Source: Candidatus Gottesmanbacteria bacterium (lineage in GTDB: Bacteria; Patescibacteriota; Microgenomatia; UBA10105; UBA927). From it: 64,000 nt of DNA. The stretch is taken from the NCBI GenBank assembly GCA_963809665.1, contig CAWEKC010000001.1, positions 94,209-158,208 on the forward strand, in the 5' to 3' direction. The notes beneath the pieces were generated by a model. It was not told the DNA's origin. It did no database searches and worked only from the letters and a program-made list of their open reading frames with translations. Positions 20,514 to 29,840 of the stretch are shown in pieces. The position numbers and the translations under genes were made by a program. Every line of letters starts with the position of its first letter. The first letter of the stretch is position 1.

Positions 20514-21200
20514 TCAACGTACCATCTTCTTCATCCATTCATGTGCGATGAATTCGGGTTTTCCGGTTTCGATAGCCTTAACGATTAATTTAGCAATATG
20601 CTCCGGAGGATCTGCCGGCGGGATTTTCCCTCCCCCGTCCCAGGATATCCGTATTTCTTTTCCTTTGATTGTATTCTTTTCAAAATTTGTATCCGTGATA
20701 TAGGGATAGATAACGGATACGGTGATATGATCTTCCTTTAATTCTTCACGGGCTGTGAGCGACAGACCGGCAAGCGCACGCTTGAGGGAAGAATATCCGC
20801 CCATATTGGGCAGAGACATGAGGGCAGTAGCACTGCTGATATTAATGATCACCCCACCCCCGACCTTACGCATGTACGGAATAACGAGCTGCATGGCCCG
20901 CAGCGGCCCGACAACATCAAGATTAAATATATCCTGAAATTTCTCCGGATCAAGATATTCAATCGCGCCGTCATACCCGCGGCCGGCATTATTCACCAAA
21001 ATATCTATACGTCCGAACCGTTTTATTGTGTTTTTAACTACCCGCTCAATATCGTGCGGTTTTGTCATATCCGCGACTACCGGACCGTGACGGGAAACCG
21101 ATACGACGGTTGCTCCTTTTTGAGCAAGCAACTGCGCCGTTGCTTTTCCGATACCGCTGGATGTACCGGTAACGATAGCGACTTTCCCTTTAGGATTCAT
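20514..21200 (-). CDS. SDR family short-chain dehydrogenase/reductase
   Basis: Start taken at MNPKGKVAIVTGTSSGIGKATA (TGxxxGIG Rossmann motif). NNAG, catalytic YSSLKRA (YxxxK). The track ORF is extended upstream into bcp. Confidence 0.8.
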   Translation of the reverse strand: MNPKGKVAIVTGTSSGIGKATAQLLAQKGATVVSVSRHGPVVADMTKPHDIERVVKNTIKRFGRIDILVNNAGRGYDGAIEYLDPEKFQDIFNLDVVGPLRAMQLVIPYMRKVGGGVIINISSATALMSLPNMGGYSSLKRALAGLSLTAREELKEDHITVSVIYPYITDTNFEKNTIKGKEIRISWDGGGKIPPADPPEHIAKLIVKAIETGKPEFIAHEWMKKMVR

Positions 21201-21618
21201 ATGATGCCAGATCCCGGAGAATTTCTCCTGCGTGAACGGTGGGATTAACGTTCTTATAAAATTTAGTAATTTCACCCTTCGGATCAATGAGATATGTGAT
21301 GCGCCGCGTACCGAGCGGCCCCTGTGCATGGTACGCCTTAATTACTTCCTTTGATTCATCACTGAGTATCGGAAAATTCAGATGATACTTTTGGGCAAAT
21401 TTTTTATGGGAAGTTACGGAATCCTTTGATACGCCCAGAATAACCACTCCGTGTTTCTGAAGCTGGTCGAGCGAGTCACGGAACTTACACGCTTCTATGG
21501 TACAGCCGGGGGTGTCGTCTTTGGGATAAAAATACAGGACAATCCATTTACCCCGGTACTGTTTCAATGTGTGGACTGAATCGTTTTGATCATGCAGGGA
21601 AAAATCTTTTGTTTTCAT
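21190..21618 (-). CDS. bcp: thioredoxin-dependent peroxiredoxin Bcp
   Basis: 142 aa. YFYPKDDTPGCTIEACKFRD is the peroxidatic Cys motif (PxDxTxxC) of the Bcp/PrxQ family. Confidence 0.85.
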   Translation of the reverse strand: MKTKDFSLHDQNDSVHTLKQYRGKWIVLYFYPKDDTPGCTIEACKFRDSLDQLQKHGVVILGVSKDSVTSHKKFAQKYHLNFPILSDESKEVIKAYHAQGPLGTRRITYLIDPKGEITKFYKNVNPTVHAGEILRDLASYES

Positions 21619-21697
21619 ATATATATTATACCGCTCCTTATCAAGGATCGGAGCTTATTCTCAGCAAATATTCAGTATGCTCAGGTATGGTAACCGT

Positions 21698-22198
21698 ATG
21701 AAAAAAGTCCTCCTCTCGGGTTTTGTTGTTTTTACCTTTATCGGGTATGCCCTGCAGCAACGGGTGGATACGGAACATATCCAGGCTGTTGTCCCCGCTG
21801 TTTTACCTGCCTCAACACCAATACCTCTGCAGCCGACATCCCAACCAACAGCCAGCCAGCCCACAGCCGGCACACCACCGCCCGTACCGACGGCGACACC
21901 CGCACAAACATCCGGTCAGTACCGGAACGGCCAATATACCGGGATTGTCGCTGATGCCTACTACGGAAACGTACAGGTGAAGGCAATAATAACAAACGGG
22001 AAAATTTCCGATGTTCAATTTTTGCAGTATCCCAATGACCGGCAGACTTCGCAGATGATTAATTCCCAGGCGATGCCGTACCTCACACAGGAAGCAATAC
22101 AGGCTCAGAGCGCACAGGTTGACGGGGTGACAGGCGCCACGGCAACAAGCCAGGCATTTATCCAATCGCTCTCGTCCGCACTTAGCCAGGCGAAATAA
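21698..22198 (+). CDS. secreted FMN-binding domain protein with ApbE flavinylation motif
   Basis: Start at MKKVLLSGFVVFTFIG (signal anchor). Pro/Thr/Gln-rich linker. C-terminal FMN_bind domain carrying VDGVTGATATSQAF (D-x-x-T-G-A-T, the Thr-FMN attachment motif used by ApbE). Confidence 0.75.
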   Translation: MKKVLLSGFVVFTFIGYALQQRVDTEHIQAVVPAVLPASTPIPLQPTSQPTASQPTAGTPPPVPTATPAQTSGQYRNGQYTGIVADAYYGNVQVKAIITNGKISDVQFLQYPNDRQTSQMINSQAMPYLTQEAIQAQSAQVDGVTGATATSQAFIQSLSSALSQAK

Positions 22199-22201
22199 TA
22201 T

Positions 22202-22936
22202 ATGAGACAGACGAAGTTAATTATGGATATGCCGGTCATTGTGGAAATTACAGATCACGATAAACAGGAAATCTTCAATTCACTGTTTGAATATTTTCAT
22301 TACGTAGATAACACATTCAGCACGTTTAAAAAAACGAGCGAAATTACTAAAATAAATACCGGAGTTCTCAGCGAATCGGAGTATAGTCCCGATATGAAAA
22401 CAATACTCCGTCTGGCCGGGCAAACGAAAAAGGAAACATCCGGTTATTTTGATATCCTACATGACCGCAAGATTGACCCGTCGGGTATCGTGAAAGGCTG
22501 GGCAATCCGTAACGCCGCAGAAATGCTACACCGCGCCGGCTACGCCGATTTTTATGTGGAAGCGGGCGGCGACATAGAAGTGTCAGGCAACAACCGTGAA
22601 GGAAAGGCTTGGACCATCGGCATTCGTAATCCCTTCAACGTACATGAAATAGTAAAACGAGTCGTACTTCATAATCTCGGAATAGCTACCTCGGGAACCT
22701 ATGAACGGGGAAAACATATATACAACCCAAAAACGGATTCTCCCGTTGATGAAATCGTCAGTCTCACCGTCATCGGCCCGAACATCCTTGATGCGGACCG
22801 GTATGCAACCGGAGCATTTGCCATGGGGCGTCAGGGGATCCGGTTTATTGAGACCCTGAAAGGTTTTGAGGGATATATGATAGACACGCACGGCGTTGCG
22901 ACATGGACGGGCGGATTCGGAAAGTATGTCGTATGA
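22202..22936 (+). CDS. apbE: FAD:protein FMN transferase ApbE
   Basis: 244 aa. ApbE family core (ILHDRKIDPSGIVKGWAIRNAAEML, YVEAGGDIEV, GIATSGTYERG). Short form. Stop overlaps the next gene's ATG (ATGA). Confidence 0.8.
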   Translation: MRQTKLIMDMPVIVEITDHDKQEIFNSLFEYFHYVDNTFSTFKKTSEITKINTGVLSESEYSPDMKTILRLAGQTKKETSGYFDILHDRKIDPSGIVKGWAIRNAAEMLHRAGYADFYVEAGGDIEVSGNNREGKAWTIGIRNPFNVHEIVKRVVLHNLGIATSGTYERGKHIYNPKTDSPVDEIVSLTVIGPNILDADRYATGAFAMGRQGIRFIETLKGFEGYMIDTHGVATWTGGFGKYVV

Positions 22937-24450
22937 ATGCAATTGATGAATTCTTAAATACAATAACGATGTACAGATTACTTCTGTACTACCTTATCAT
23001 CCTCGTTATCGTCGCTGCTTTTTTCTCACTGTTCGGCATATTATCATTTTCATTTTTTCCGTTTGTCATTTCCGTTTTGTTTCTGTTAGCCGTATCACTT
23101 CTCGTTAACGACGTTTTCGCACGCGTGTTTGAGGCACAGACAAATGTAGAATCCGTCTATATATCCGCACTCATTCTTGCCCTTATTATCTCGCCTGCCA
23201 ATACCCTTCATGGCCTGATATTTTTGGGATGGGCAGCGACACTGACGTGTGTCTCGAAATATATCCTCGCTATCGGCAAAAAGCACGTATTCAATCCCGT
23301 CGCAATTGCAGTAGTCCTTACCGCGTATATATTGGGTGATTCCGCATCGTGGTGGATTGCCACTCTCCCGATGCTGCCGGTCGTACTCGTCGGCGGCCTG
23401 CTGATTGTAAAGAAAATACAACGGACCGATTTATTTTTCAGCTTTCTTGCAACCGCGTCCGTCGTTATTCTTACGATTGCCGCTTTTAACGGGACCAACA
23501 ATCTTTCTATTTTCCGGAAAATATTCGTTGAATCCCCGATTATATTTTTCGCGTCCGTCATGCTTACCGAACCCCTGACGACTCCGCCTACTTCACGCCT
23601 GCGGATCTGGTACGGTATACTCGTCGGCGCGTTATTTGCTCCTCAACTCCATCTGGGACCCGTGTTCTCAACGCCGGAATTGGCGCTCGTTGTAGGAAAT
23701 ATCTTCTCATATATCGTCAGTCCCAAGGAAAAATTGATGCTCAAACTGAAAGAAGTAATACCGATCGGGCAAAACCAATATGAGTACGTATTTATCCCGG
23801 ACAAGCCGTTTTCATTTACCCCCGGACAATATATGGAATGGACTCTCGGACACTCCAGTCCCGATGACCGCGGAAACCGCCGGTACTTTACCATAGCATC
23901 TTCCCCTACCGAACGTGCTGTGCGCCTGGGTATCCGGTTTAATACGCCTCAGAGTTCATTTAAAAAATCGTTATTTACGATGGATATCGGCGGCAGGATT
24001 GCAGCAGGCCAGCGGAGCGGAGATTTTGTATTGCCGGAGAATCCGAAACAAAAACTTGTTTTTATTGCGGGCGGGATAGGTATCACACCATACCGGAGTA
24101 TGATTAAATATCTTCTCGATTCGAAACAACAACGGGATATCGTCCTCATTTACTCAAATAGAACGGCACCGGAAATTGTTTACCGCGATATAGTTGACCA
24201 GGCCCGGAACGCGTTGGGTATGAAAACGTTGTACGCTCTCACCGACCGCGAACATATACCGTCCGGTTGGACCGGCCGTGCCGGCAGGATTGACGGCAAT
24301 GTCATTACGGAGGAAATACCGGATTACAGGGAACGGTTGTTTTATATATCAGGACCAAGTTCACTGGTTGACGGGTTCCGGCAGATTCTCGGGGATATCG
24401 GGATTCACCGGAACAACATAAAAACCGATTTTTTCCCGGGTTTTGCGTAA
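22933..24450 (+). CDS. polytopic membrane protein fused to ferredoxin-NADP reductase-like FAD/NAD(P)-binding domain
   Basis: About 290-aa N-terminal domain with 6 or more TM helices. C-terminal FNR module with RYFTIASSP (RxYS/T FAD motif) and FIAGGIGITPYRSMI (GGxGxxP NAD(P) motif). No bis-His heme spacing seen. Confidence 0.7.
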   Translation: MNAIDEFLNTITMYRLLLYYLIILVIVAAFFSLFGILSFSFFPFVISVLFLLAVSLLVNDVFARVFEAQTNVESVYISALILALIISPANTLHGLIFLGWAATLTCVSKYILAIGKKHVFNPVAIAVVLTAYILGDSASWWIATLPMLPVVLVGGLLIVKKIQRTDLFFSFLATASVVILTIAAFNGTNNLSIFRKIFVESPIIFFASVMLTEPLTTPPTSRLRIWYGILVGALFAPQLHLGPVFSTPELALVVGNIFSYIVSPKEKLMLKLKEVIPIGQNQYEYVFIPDKPFSFTPGQYMEWTLGHSSPDDRGNRRYFTIASSPTERAVRLGIRFNTPQSSFKKSLFTMDIGGRIAAGQRSGDFVLPENPKQKLVFIAGGIGITPYRSMIKYLLDSKQQRDIVLIYSNRTAPEIVYRDIVDQARNALGMKTLYALTDREHIPSGWTGRAGRIDGNVITEEIPDYRERLFYISGPSSLVDGFRQILGDIGIHRNNIKTDFFPGFA

Positions 24451-24478
24451 CGAATAGTTTTCAGCTTCTTCTCAGAAA

Positions 24479-24489
24479 TGTGGTATACT
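24479..24489 (+). promoter_or_regulatory. extended -10 promoter (TGtGGTATACT) directly upstream of the response-regulator ATG
   Basis: TATACT at 24484-24489 preceded by TGG/TG. ATG at 24501, which implies a 5' UTR of a few nt and no SD. Same TGGTATACT motif as the rnpB promoter. Confidence 0.35.
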
Positions 24490-24500
24490 ATAGCCTCACT

Positions 24501-25181
24501 ATGCGGATTCTTGTCGTCGAAGACGAACACAAAATCGCAAACTCCATAAAAAAAGGCCTCGAACAGGAATCGTATGCCGTTGACGTCACATATACGGGTA
24601 CGGACGGATTTGATCTTGCAAGTACCGAAGAATACGATGTCATCGTTCTGGACCTCCTTTTGCCGGGAATGGATGGCGTCACCATGTGCAAAAAACTACG
24701 GAGCGAAAGTATCAATACCCCGATTCTCATGCTCACCGCCAAAGGGCAAACTACTGACAAGGTCGAAGGTCTGAATGCCGGAGGAGACGATTATCTCACC
24801 AAGCCATTTGCGTTCGAAGAATTACTCGCGCGCATCCGGGCGCTGGTAAGGAGACCACGAAAAGCCGTCGGTACGACTCTCCGAGTCGAAGATTTGACGC
24901 TGGATACGTTATCATATGAAGTGAAACGGTCGGATAAAGTCGTTCAGCTTTCCAGCCGTGAATTTGCTCTTTTGGAGTATCTCATGAGACATCCCAACAG
25001 CACGCTTACCAAAGATCAGATCATCGGACATGTTTGGAATTATGATGCAGACATATTACCCAATACTGTAGAGGTGTACATCGGGTATCTCCGGAATAAA
25101 CTGGATAAACCGTTTCCGCGGGTGTCGCCGCTTATCCATACAATCCGCGGATTCGGGTATAAGTTGGGAAAAAATACCTAA
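24501..25181 (+). CDS. OmpR-family response regulator
   Basis: MRILVVEDEHKIANSIKKGL receiver domain with phospho-Asp context VIVLDLLLPGMDG. C-terminal winged-helix (trans_reg_C). Confidence 0.85.
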   Translation: MRILVVEDEHKIANSIKKGLEQESYAVDVTYTGTDGFDLASTEEYDVIVLDLLLPGMDGVTMCKKLRSESINTPILMLTAKGQTTDKVEGLNAGGDDYLTKPFAFEELLARIRALVRRPRKAVGTTLRVEDLTLDTLSYEVKRSDKVVQLSSREFALLEYLMRHPNSTLTKDQIIGHVWNYDADILPNTVEVYIGYLRNKLDKPFPRVSPLIHTIRGFGYKLGKNT

Positions 25182-25182
25182 T

Positions 25183-26184
25183 ATGTTTCGTTCAGCCCGT
25201 ATTAAATTAACAGCCTGGTATCTCCTGATTATCATGCTCGTGAGCGTGTCTTTTAGTGCGGCTATTTTCCGCGTCCTTACGACTGAATTGGACCGCATCG
25301 TGCAGGTTGAAAGATTAGAGCTGGAACATAGATTTCCTCAATTTCCTATTTTATTAAATCCTGATCTCCTGGCAGAGACAAAACAACGTCTTTTATTCAG
25401 ACTCGTGGTTATAAATTTGCTGATTTTAGCCGGATCGGCATGGGCCGGCTATTTACTCGCAGGACGCACATTAAATCCAATCAAAGATATGGTTGACGAA
25501 CAAAACCGTTTCATTACCGACGCGTCTCATGAACTGCGCACACCACTCACATCCCTCAAATCCGAAATTGAAGTGAATTTGCGGGACAAGAACCTTTCAC
25601 TCGACCAGGCAAAAAATTTACTCAAAAGTAATCTCGAAGAAGTGAATTCCCTTCAGGTTTTATCCGACGGTCTTATCCGGCTGACGCAATATCAAAAAGG
25701 GCACAGCAATTTGTCAATTGATGATGTGTCCCTTGCCGATGTTTCACGGGAAGCCGTCCGTAAAGTGACAAACGCCGCCAAAGAAAAAAAGATAACGATT
25801 GTCAATGACATCCCCTCTGCCCATATTCAGGGAAATCAAACCGCCCTGATTGAACTGCTCGTTATCTTTTTGGATAATGCGATAAAATACAGCCCGAAAC
25901 AAAGTCCGGTCCGGTTATCCAGTAAAAAGTCAGACGGCCGCATCCGTATCGTCATCGCCGATGGCGGTATCGGGATTGCCGAAAAAGATGTCCCGCATCT
26001 TTTTGACCGTTTTTACCGCGCTGATAAATCAAGAACGAAAACTGACGTATCAGGCTATGGATTGGGACTGTCTATCGCAAAACAAATTGTAGACCAGCAT
26101 AACGGAAGTATACGGGTAACAAGTAAATTCAATAAAGGCACAACGTTCACGATAGAACTTCCGCTAAAACATCATGACCTCTAA
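25183..26184 (+). CDS. sensor histidine kinase (HisKA + HATPase_c)
   Basis: H-box ASHELRTPLTSL, G-boxes DGGIGIAEKD and GYGLGLSIAKQIV. N-terminal TM, short sensor region. Confidence 0.85.
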   Translation: MFRSARIKLTAWYLLIIMLVSVSFSAAIFRVLTTELDRIVQVERLELEHRFPQFPILLNPDLLAETKQRLLFRLVVINLLILAGSAWAGYLLAGRTLNPIKDMVDEQNRFITDASHELRTPLTSLKSEIEVNLRDKNLSLDQAKNLLKSNLEEVNSLQVLSDGLIRLTQYQKGHSNLSIDDVSLADVSREAVRKVTNAAKEKKITIVNDIPSAHIQGNQTALIELLVIFLDNAIKYSPKQSPVRLSSKKSDGRIRIVIADGGIGIAEKDVPHLFDRFYRADKSRTKTDVSGYGLGLSIAKQIVDQHNGSIRVTSKFNKGTTFTIELPLKHHDL

Positions 26185-27199
26185 ATATTTATTAGCAGTG
26201 TTTCTTGTAGTAGTTGCCGCATCTGCCGGATTTTATTATTTCCGGAAACAACCGGTAGCACCGGATACCGCGTCTACTCCCGTTGCTTCAACGGAAAATC
26301 CGTTATCCATTGCCGCTATGCGCGCCCGTTCGTATCCCGGAAGCGATCTCGTTATCGAGCAAACGCTTGCTGATGGCAGTAATTACCATCAATATATCGC
26401 TTCCTATATGTCCGACGGTTTAAAAATTTACGGCTTGCTGACCGTTCCCGACGGCACAAAGCCGCCGACCGGGTGGCCGGTTATCATCTTTAACCACGGA
26501 TATATTCCGCCGGCGCAATACCGTACAACAGAACGATATGTCGCATACGTTGATGCTTTCGCGCGTGATGGGTATATCGTTTTTAAATCCGATTATCGCG
26601 GCCACGGCAGTTCCCAGGGCCAGCCGGAAAGTGCGTACTATTCTCCTGCATATGCGGTTGATGTACTCAATGCCCTTGCGTCCGTAAAACGGTATAAAGA
26701 CGCGGATCCTAACCGTATCGGCATGTGGGGACACAGTATGGGAGGGAATATCACGCTGCGGGATATTATTGTTGATCCCAAAGACATAAAAGCGGCGGTC
26801 ATCTGGGGCGGCGTCGTGGGATCGTATTACGATCTTACGAATAACTGGCAGCGGCGGGTGAGCTACCGGCCTCCCCCTCCGGAACTTGCTAACCGCAATA
26901 GCGGAAGGCAACAGTTCATATCCATGTACGGCCCGCCTGCCACGTCATCGGCATTTTGGCAATCTATAGATCCCACTGCACATCTAACCGACATAACAGC
27001 CCCCATACAGCTTCATACCGGCGGGGCGGACGAGGAAGTGCCGGTATTATTTTCCCAAAATTTATTTACATCTCTCCAAAAGCTGGGAAAAATTGCAGAA
27101 TACTATAACTATCCCGGCGGGGATCATAATATATCTTCGCCGGATTTTGAAGTTGCCATGCAGCGGTCCGTTGATTTCTTTAATACATACCTGAAGTAA
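26174..27199 (+). CDS. alpha/beta hydrolase (prolyl oligopeptidase/dienelactone hydrolase-like)
   Basis: Signal anchor. Nucleophile elbow GMWGHSMGG, C-terminal D/H (GGDHN). Confidence 0.7.
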   Translation: MTSKYLLAVFLVVVAASAGFYYFRKQPVAPDTASTPVASTENPLSIAAMRARSYPGSDLVIEQTLADGSNYHQYIASYMSDGLKIYGLLTVPDGTKPPTGWPVIIFNHGYIPPAQYRTTERYVAYVDAFARDGYIVFKSDYRGHGSSQGQPESAYYSPAYAVDVLNALASVKRYKDADPNRIGMWGHSMGGNITLRDIIVDPKDIKAAVIWGGVVGSYYDLTNNWQRRVSYRPPPPELANRNSGRQQFISMYGPPATSSAFWQSIDPTAHLTDITAPIQLHTGGADEEVPVLFSQNLFTSLQKLGKIAEYYNYPGGDHNISSPDFEVAMQRSVDFFNTYLK

Positions 27200-27246
27200 C
27201 ACCTCGTACTTGAATCCTGACGGGAAAAACTGGATACTAAGGCTAT

Positions 27247-27756
27247 ATGCAGAGATCGGTTGCACGCCTTAAAGGAATCGGATTTATTATCTGGCATGCC
27301 AGACATGAATTTTATCATGTGCTTCTGGGACTTATGTGGGCGTGGTTTCTGAGGGAAATTTGGCAGCAATTTAACACCCGTTGGATCACCATATCAGTCA
27401 TCGGATCTCTCATTCCGGATCTTGACCATTTCTTCTATTTTTTCGTTTATGGAAAGAAAGACGTCTATACCAAACAGGTATTAAGCTTTTTAAAAGGCCG
27501 TGAATGGCGGATACTGACGAAATATCTTGAAACAGGGCACAAATATCAGACTGATCTTGCTACCCACAATTTTTATTTCGTGTTATTTCTCTTCCTTGTG
27601 TCTCTCGCATCATTTTTCTATGACTGGAAAGTGGGTGTTATACTGTTCGGCGCAATGCTCACACATTATCTGTTCGACATTTGTGATGATATCCTGACCC
27701 TTGGGTATGTTAATGTTAACTGGAAGCGCGGATGGAAACGTTTTAAAACGGATTAG
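27247..27756 (+). CDS. YdjM/DUF457-like membrane-bound metal-dependent hydrolase family protein
   Basis: 169 aa, His-rich N-terminus, IGSLIPDLDHFFYF (LPDxDH motif), multiple TM helices. Confidence 0.5.
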   Translation: MQRSVARLKGIGFIIWHARHEFYHVLLGLMWAWFLREIWQQFNTRWITISVIGSLIPDLDHFFYFFVYGKKDVYTKQVLSFLKGREWRILTKYLETGHKYQTDLATHNFYFVLFLFLVSLASFFYDWKVGVILFGAMLTHYLFDICDDILTLGYVNVNWKRGWKRFKTD

Positions 27757-28727
27757 AAACGACGCCTGTTCATCCTAAGCAATAAGTAAGCGCCGATGCC
27801 GGCACACACAACCCCGAGAGCAGTTGCCCCGATCATAATATAACCAATGGGTGAAACCGATCCGCCGACCGGGAGCGCGGGCGTAATAAATTCCACCGGT
27901 ATGGGGGTAGGCGTATCCGCACTTACCTCAGGTGTGTCCGTCAGGATGACGTCCGACTCAACGGGCAAACTTCCCGACGTATCTGCCGGTCCGGGTGTCG
28001 GCGTGGAAGCCACACCTGCAATAGCGGATAGTTCGTTTGATAAGTTGCCCGGTGTGCAACCATTTACGGCACGGACGGCAAAAAAATATTTCTTTCCCGT
28101 CGCGAGACCCCCGACGGTAAACGCTGTCGTCCCCTGCCCGCCCATATTGGGCACTCCGTATATATAATTTCCTGATGAGAGACCGTAAGAAAGCAGATAA
28201 TATGTCACGGGATTAGCTGCATCTGCCCAAGTAAGCGTAATTGCGTGAGCACCTGACGATTCTGCGGAGGTCAATTGCACGGTACTTCCCGGCGCTGTAT
28301 CCGTACACGCACCGGGTGCCGGAGTCGGGGTGGGAGTCGGGCTAGCCGTGCCCGGCTGGAAAAACAAAACAGACCATGTCAGCTGAGTATTGCCTGTTGA
28401 CACGTCGGTCACGGTAATCTGGACGGATCCGACCGTCGTCGTTTTCATTTGCGTTGTGATAGTTCCTGAGCCGTCAAGCGTCAGAGATGACGGGTTAAAT
28501 GACGCAGTTGAGTCAGACGAAGTTATATGTATGGAATCGTTTGACGTTACTGTATTCCCGCCGGCATCTTTGAGGACAATGGTAACCGTAGACACGGAGG
28601 AGCCATCTGCCGCGGCGGCGGTACTGGTTATCGTCGATTTCGTCTGATCCGGAGGATTGCCGGCAAATACCGGCAAACAGATAGCAAAAAAAATAGGTAG
28701 AAATAAAATATATACGAGCCGTCTCAT
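27753..28727 (-). CDS. cell-surface protein with bacterial Ig-like and FN3-like domains and C-terminal TM anchor
   Basis: Start at MRRLVYILFLPIFFAICLPVFA (signal). Thr/Ser-rich Ig-like domain, FN3-like segment (TWADAANPVTYYLLSYG...KYFFAVRAVN). C-terminal TM plus RMNRRRF. Confidence 0.6.
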   Translation of the reverse strand: MRRLVYILFLPIFFAICLPVFAGNPPDQTKSTITSTAAAADGSSVSTVTIVLKDAGGNTVTSNDSIHITSSDSTASFNPSSLTLDGSGTITTQMKTTTVGSVQITVTDVSTGNTQLTWSVLFFQPGTASPTPTPTPAPGACTDTAPGSTVQLTSAESSGAHAITLTWADAANPVTYYLLSYGLSSGNYIYGVPNMGGQGTTAFTVGGLATGKKYFFAVRAVNGCTPGNLSNELSAIAGVASTPTPGPADTSGSLPVESDVILTDTPEVSADTPTPIPVEFITPALPVGGSVSPIGYIMIGATALGVVCAGIGAYLLLRMNRRRF

Positions 28728-28908
28728 TACATTTTCAATAACCCAAGCGCCCGATATATAAGAAGTGCAGGCCATACGATGGCTTTAAGGACACCGAATA
28801 CCCCGTCCCAAAATGTTGCGGCGTGCTGGATAAAATACAACGCCGCTCCGATAAACCCCAACCCGTACACTGCCCCTCCCCCTGCTCCTGCGTGCATATG
28901 TTTCATAC
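28727..28908 (-). CDS. small hydrophobic membrane protein (59 aa), translationally coupled to the downstream surface protein
   Basis: MKHMHAGAGGGAVYGLGFIGAALYFIQHAATFWDGVFGVLKAIVWPALLIYRALGLLKM. Its TAA stop overlaps the ATG of the surface-protein gene (TAATG). The longer track ORF would run into the tRNA. Confidence 0.45.
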
Positions 28909-29004
28909 AATTTTCTCCTTTCGTCATACTAAATAAACTATACCATATGGCCAAATAGCCTGAAAGCTCTTGTTTGGGGTATAATAAGGAGGCTAAAAAC
29001 CATT

Positions 29005-29078
29005 TGCGGGATCGTATAATGGTAGTACGCATCCCTCTGGAGGATGTTATCTTGGTTCGAATCCAAGTCCCGCAGCCA
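29005..29078 (+). tRNA. tRNA-Gln (anticodon CTG)
   Basis: 74 nt with encoded CCA. Acceptor TGCGGGA/TCCCGCA (U1-A72, discriminator G73, as in bacterial tRNA-Gln). D-stem CGTA/TACG, anticodon stem CATCC/GGATG with loop CTCTGGA (U33, anticodon CUG), T-arm CTTGG-TTCGAAT-CCAAG. Confidence 0.85.
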
Positions 29079-29132
29079 TTCGGCTCCTAACATTCGCTCA
29101 TGATCAGGGTCAGTTATGTACATGATCCTGGT

Positions 29133-29699
29133 CTATGAAAATTCTTTGGATTCAGACAACTTTCTTCTCATTAACTCGTCTCTGATTTTGTCCCGTTTCT
29201 TCATTAATATGGAATAATCGGTATCTGATAACCACAAACGCCGGTCATTATTTTTAGAGGTACGGTATTGAATCAGATCTTGGGCAGCATCACGAAGATC
29301 AGGATCATTATTTCTGACTAAGGATATCAAAATTTCATCACTATCGAGACTTTTCCATTCATCTATAAAACTAAAAATTTTACTTAATGCATACTTTAAT
29401 TCATTTCTTCTGTCAGATATTTGTTGCATCTTCTCTGTATTATTATGTTTCTTTACCCTTTTATATTTATTTCTTAGATGTTCTAATTCATAAAAAATAT
29501 TTTCTTTCATTTGATCCGCTTGTTTTTCAGACGAGATATCCACCAAAATATTATCCTGATAAGTGGGCAACCGCTTAAAAGTATCAATGATATTTGGTAA
29601 TTCTCCCCCAGACCGTATTAACCATCTTTCAAACAAATCGTTATTATTTCTTGCTGTTCTTTTAGAATTGTCACTAATAAAAGTTTCTGTTCTTGGCAT
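29133..29699 (-). CDS. hypothetical protein in AT-rich islet (188 aa, charged/helical)
   Basis: ORF in a region of about 30-33% GC against about 50% background. No recognisable motif. Lys/Glu/Asp/Arg-rich. Confidence 0.4.
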   Translation of the reverse strand: MPRTETFISDNSKRTARNNNDLFERWLIRSGGELPNIIDTFKRLPTYQDNILVDISSEKQADQMKENIFYELEHLRNKYKRVKKHNNTEKMQQISDRRNELKYALSKIFSFIDEWKSLDSDEILISLVRNNDPDLRDAAQDLIQYRTSKNNDRRLWLSDTDYSILMKKRDKIRDELMRRKLSESKEFS

Positions 29700-29840
29700 A
29701 TTATTAAATCTACCTACGTGGGTATTCTACAATAAATACTCATCAAAATCCTCAAGTTATATATAAAAGTCCTAATATAGTTCGAGCAGTTTAGCCAAAG
29801 AAAGACTTGACTCTAACCTCTTAAAGATATAAAAGGGCAA

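Noticed and set aside
28909-29032. N-terminal extension of the 101-aa minus-strand ORF at 28727..29032
   Set aside because: The extension would overlap tRNA-Gln (29005-29078). The internal start MKHMHAG (28908) gives a compact membrane micro-protein and removes the conflict.
29006-29078. Alternative tRNA-Gln boundary starting at G29006 (acceptor GCGGGAT)
   Set aside because: It gives an 8-nt 3' overhang and a mispaired acceptor stem. Starting at T29005 gives a perfect 7-bp acceptor with U1-A72 and G73, as in bacterial tRNA-Gln.
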